32,000 nt of DNA, taken from the NCBI RefSeq assembly GCF_000195975.1, contig NC_005070.1, forward strand, positions 780,001 to 812,000, read 5' to 3'. Below the pieces are notes generated by a model, which was not told where the DNA came from, searched no databases, and worked only from the letters and a program-made list of their open reading frames with translations. Below, piece after piece: positions 28,750 through 32,000 of the stretch (positions are counted from its first letter, which is position 1; each line of letters starts with the position of its first letter). Both the position numbers and the translations under genes were made by a program. The DNA comes from Parasynechococcus marenigrum WH 8102 (GTDB taxonomy: Bacteria > Cyanobacteriota > Cyanobacteriia > PCC-6307 > Cyanobiaceae).

Positions 28750-29814
28750 TTAAGGCTTCGGTGGGAAATCTTTTGATCCGAGGGTTCTGGGACCCATGGG
28801 GTGGTCGGCATGGGGGTAGGGGGGGTGATGGTGATGCTCACCAGCGTGATCGTGATGGTGCTGATGGGGGATGGGAACACCATCCGGTTGGCAGGCCCCC
28901 GTGCATTCCCGCTCGCAGAGCGTGCAGCTCTCCGCCAGCCCCTCCACGTGGTGATGGTGGCTTTCCTGGGCTCGGCCAACGTCCTGCTCGAAGCCCAGCA
29001 CCTGGGCCCGGTATTTGCAGAGGGAGCAATTCATGGCGGTGTCGCCGCGCAGCACCTCCTCCACCCGTTCCTTGAAGGTGTCCACCACCAGCGGGTGTTG
29101 CCCGAGATAGCCGGCGGAGAGGAAGTCAACCTCGGGATGATCCGCCGCCACCCGCTCGGTGTGCTGACGGATGCGGCTCACCAGAACACCTGAGAACAGG
29201 AAGTAAGGAACCACCACGATGCGGTGGAATCCCAGCTTCACCAGTTGCCGAAGGCCCGGTTCAACCAGGGGGAAGGTCACGCCTGAGTAGACCGTCTCAC
29301 CCCAGCCGAAGCCAAAGCCCTCCACCAGCATCCGGGTGACCTTGGCCACATTTGAATTGGCATCGGGATCCGACGAGCCGCGTCCCACCACCACCAGCAG
29401 CGTCTCCGCCAGCGGCACCGGAGAAGGGTTGCTTTCCAGGCATTCGCGAACACGCGCTCCTGCCGCTGCAACCATCAGACGGTCCACCCCCAGTTCGCGG
29501 CCGTAATCAATCGGCAGGCCCGTTTCTGCGGTGAACGTGTTGAGCACAGAGGGGATGTCGTTCTTGGCGTGCCCAGCCGCAAACAACATCGCAGGGATGG
29601 CAAGCACTCGTGTCACCCCCTGCTGACGCAGAGACTCCAGGCCATCCCGCAGGATCGGGCGGGCAAATTCCAGATAGCCATGCTCCACCGTCATCGGCGC
29701 CAGCTTTGGCCGCAGGGCTTCCACCATCTGGGCGAACTCCTCTACGGCCAGCCGGTTGCGACTGCCATGGCCGCAGATCAGGACGCCGAGTTGGTCGTTC
29801 GAGGATTCGGCCAA
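28750..29814 (-). CDS. cbiX: Sirohydrochlorin chelatase, long form (CbiXL-type), with a Cys cluster and a His-rich tail
   Basis: Duplicated CbiX halves (GVLICGHGSR..., LLVVVGRGSSDPDAN...). C-terminal MNCSLCKY (MxCxxC) and CTLCERECTGAC. His-rich HHHHVEG...HQHHHDHAGEHHHHPPYPHADHP. Apparent TTG start at 29814, with no in-frame ATG nearby. Confidence 0.85.
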   Translation of the reverse strand: MAESSNDQLGVLICGHGSRNRLAVEEFAQMVEALRPKLAPMTVEHGYLEFARPILRDGLESLRQQGVTRVLAIPAMLFAAGHAKNDIPSVLNTFTAETGLPIDYGRELGVDRLMVAAAGARVRECLESNPSPVPLAETLLVVVGRGSSDPDANSNVAKVTRMLVEGFGFGWGETVYSGVTFPLVEPGLRQLVKLGFHRIVVVPYFLFSGVLVSRIRQHTERVAADHPEVDFLSAGYLGQHPLVVDTFKERVEEVLRGDTAMNCSLCKYRAQVLGFEQDVGRAQESHHHHVEGLAESCTLCERECTGACQPDGVPIPHQHHHDHAGEHHHHPPYPHADHPMGPRTLGSKDFPPKP

Positions 29815-29862
29815 GGGGGCGTGCCACTGTTCGGTGTGAACTGATCCTACGGTTGCAGCGGA

Positions 29863-31068
29863 ATGGATCAGCTCCCACCTTCCCTGTTCAACCCCCAGGC
29901 AGCGGATGCCGAGGCACAGGGCCTGTTGCAGCCAACTGCGGAGGATCTGCCGAGCTTGATTGCCGGTTGGAGTGGTCCAAGGCCATTACGGGTCTGCAGT
30001 GGCGGCACCAGCTCCAGGGCTGCGGCGGAAGGCCAGTGGACGTTGGATCTGCGTCGCACCATGACGGGGATCACCTGGAATGCTGCAGATCAGACGGTGC
30101 GCATCGGGGGTGGATGCCGGATGGGGCAGGTGCTGGAGCAGCTGCATCCCCTCGGGCGCACCGTGAGCGCAGGGCTGTCCGGCTGGCCGGGTGTCGGCTA
30201 TGTGCTGACGGGGGGGATGGGGCCCTTGAGTCGTGAGCAGGGCCTGGCGGTGGACCAGCTTCAGGCGATTGCAGGGGTCTGGGGCAGTGGTGAACCCTTC
30301 CTGCTGCGCCGTGATCACGATCAGGCCTCGGCGGAGTGGCGTGGCCTCTGTGGAGCGGCACCGTTTTTGGCGGTGGTGCGTGAGGTGGTGCTCGCCACCC
30401 AGCCCCTTCGCCCCCTCTGGATCAAAGCGTCGACGGGATCGCCCGATCAGCTGCCGGATTGGCTTGTCGCTGCGGAGTGCTCCGACCCCAGCACCACCCT
30501 TCAATGGAGCTGGAGTGCTGATGGCAGCCTCCGGCGGCTGCAGGTGTCTGGCTATGAACAGCCCGGTTGGCAGCGGATTGATGGACTGCACCAACTGCCG
30601 CCCCTGACGCCCCCGCCCTCAGGTGAATCCCGCCTGCATGGCGAGGTGGTGGGTCTGCTCGGACCGGCCCATGGCGAGTGTTGGCGCCGTTTGCTGCCGG
30701 AGCTGCGGGCGCTGATGCATCGCTGCCCCCATGGCGGCTGCAGCCTGTCCAGCCAGCAGCTGGGAGATGCCACCGCTGCAGTGCCTACTGAAGCCACGTC
30801 ATTTGTGCATCGTGATGCGGTTTGGAAGCCATGGATCACAGCGGTCTGGCCTGCCGGAGATGCAGAGGCCCGTCAGCGCAGCCTCCGGTGGTTATGCGAG
30901 CTGTGGTCCGTGCTGGAGCCGCTCTGCCCAGGTGTGCATCTGGCGCAGTTGCATGACCATCTGCCCTTTCATCAGCGGGAGTTGGAATTGGCTTTCGGAC
31001 CCTGGTTGCCTGGACTGCGTCAACTCAAGGCACGTCGGGATCCAGACGGCACCTTGCCAGGGCTCTAA
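29863..31068 (+). CDS. FAD-linked oxidase (PCMH-type FAD-binding domain with BBE-like C-terminus)
   Basis: RVCSGGTSS, IGGGCRMGQVLEQL, GVGYVLTGGMGPLSREQGLAVDQL, and C-terminal LKARRDPDGTL. Confidence 0.75.
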   Translation: MDQLPPSLFNPQAADAEAQGLLQPTAEDLPSLIAGWSGPRPLRVCSGGTSSRAAAEGQWTLDLRRTMTGITWNAADQTVRIGGGCRMGQVLEQLHPLGRTVSAGLSGWPGVGYVLTGGMGPLSREQGLAVDQLQAIAGVWGSGEPFLLRRDHDQASAEWRGLCGAAPFLAVVREVVLATQPLRPLWIKASTGSPDQLPDWLVAAECSDPSTTLQWSWSADGSLRRLQVSGYEQPGWQRIDGLHQLPPLTPPPSGESRLHGEVVGLLGPAHGECWRRLLPELRALMHRCPHGGCSLSSQQLGDATAAVPTEATSFVHRDAVWKPWITAVWPAGDAEARQRSLRWLCELWSVLEPLCPGVHLAQLHDHLPFHQRELELAFGPWLPGLRQLKARRDPDGTLPGL

Positions 31069-31100
31069 TTTACGGTCCCTTCTGGCTTTGGCGTCCGGTG

Positions 31101-32000
31101 ATGGCCCAGCGTTCCAGTCCAGCTCTGGTGAATCAATGGTTCGCCAACCCCAGCAAGGATTTGCTTTCGGGCCTGGTGGTGGCCTTCGCGATGATCCCGG
31201 AGGCGATCGCCTTCTCCGGCATCGCCGGGGTGGACCCGAAGGTCGGCCTGTTCGGGGCCTTCTGTCTGTCACTCACCATTGCCGTGGTGGGTGGTCGCAT
31301 GGCGATGATCACCTCCGCCACCGGTTCAACGGCCCTGCTGATGACGGGACTGGTCGCAGCCGGTGAAGCCCGGGGTGCCGGGCTCGGGGTGCAGTATCTG
31401 ATGGTGGCGGGTCTGGTCACCGGCCTGCTGCAGATCCTCTGGGGCTACCTCCGGCTGGCGTATCAGATGCGGTTCGTGCCCCAGGGCGTGCTCAGCGGCT
31501 TCGTCAATGCCCTGGCGCTGCTGATCTTCCAGGCGCAATTGCCTCAGCTGGGCCTGGATCTGCATGCCGGCGGTGATGGCCACGCTGGTGGTCTGTTGCC
31601 CCACGGTGGTCAGATTCCAATCGTCTGGGGTCTGGTGCTGCTGGGTCTGGTGATCATTTATGGCCTGCCGAGGCTTACCCGGCTGGTGCCGTCCCAGCTG
31701 GTGGCCATTGTTGTGCTCACGGTCATCAGCATCGGCTTCAACCTGGACATTCCCAGCGTCAGCAGTCTTGGAACGCTGCCGGATGGATTGCCCACCTTCG
31801 CGGTTCCCTTCGGCGCGGGTGGTGTTCCCTTCAACCTCGACACCCTGGGCCTGGTGCTCCCCACAGCCTTGGCCATTTCCCTGGTGGGTCTGATGGAGAC
31901 CTTCCTGACTCAGGACATCCTTGACGACAAGACCGACACCACCACCAACAAAAACGTGGAGGCCCGTGGACAGGGCATCGCCAACATCGTGGCGTCGTTG
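31101..32000 (+). CDS. SulP-family anion transporter (sulfate permease/bicarbonate-type), N-terminal 300 codons; continues beyond the window
   Basis: Absent from the ORF track because there is no stop in the window. From ATG 31101: [81 protein letters not shown]...[17 protein letters not shown]...[13 protein letters not shown]. The frame is open to 32000. Confidence 0.85.
   Translation, partial: MAQRSSPALVNQWFANPSKDLLSGLVVAFAMIPEAIAFSGIAGVDPKVGLFGAFCLSLTIAVVGGRMAMITSATGSTALLMTGLVAAGEARGAGLGVQYLMVAGLVTGLLQILWGYLRLAYQMRFVPQGVLSGFVNALALLIFQAQLPQLGLDLHAGGDGHAGGLLPHGGQIPIVWGLVLLGLVIIYGLPRLTRLVPSQLVAIVVLTVISIGFNLDIPSVSSLGTLPDGLPTFAVPFGAGGVPFNLDTLGLVLPTALAISLVGLMETFLTQDILDDKTDTTTNKNVEARGQGIANIVASL

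Overview
About 60% GC chromosomal segment with the gene content of a marine picocyanobacterium (Synechococcus type): chlH, an hli gene, ycf36-like, rsfS, carB, tpiA, folP, dapB, apt, cbiX and many cyanobacteria-restricted DUF-type proteins. I call 36 CDS (two run off the window edges and are missing from the ORF track), one initiator tRNA-Met, and two to three hairpin terminators. Packing is very tight. Most spacers are under 130 nt, several same-strand neighbours overlap start on stop (ATGA, GTGA, ATGGATAG), and three convergent pairs overlap at their 3' ends. I found no CRISPR array, transposase, integrase, phage gene or recognisable defence or toxin module, so most of this is ordinary core genome. 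Four things remain unexplained. (1) A 388-nt non-coding, highly self-complementary spacer lies between cbiX and a DUF2811-like gene; it may be a structured RNA, and its resemblance to a cobalamin riboswitch is weak. (2) A low-GC (about 40-52%) two-gene cassette of small unknown proteins is closed by a perfect 17-bp hairpin. (3) A low-GC GlcNAc-transferase-like gene sits between chlH and folP. (4) A two-component system is paired divergently with a secreted EF-hand protein across a repeat-structured promoter region. All family assignments come from reading motifs by eye; no database search was run.
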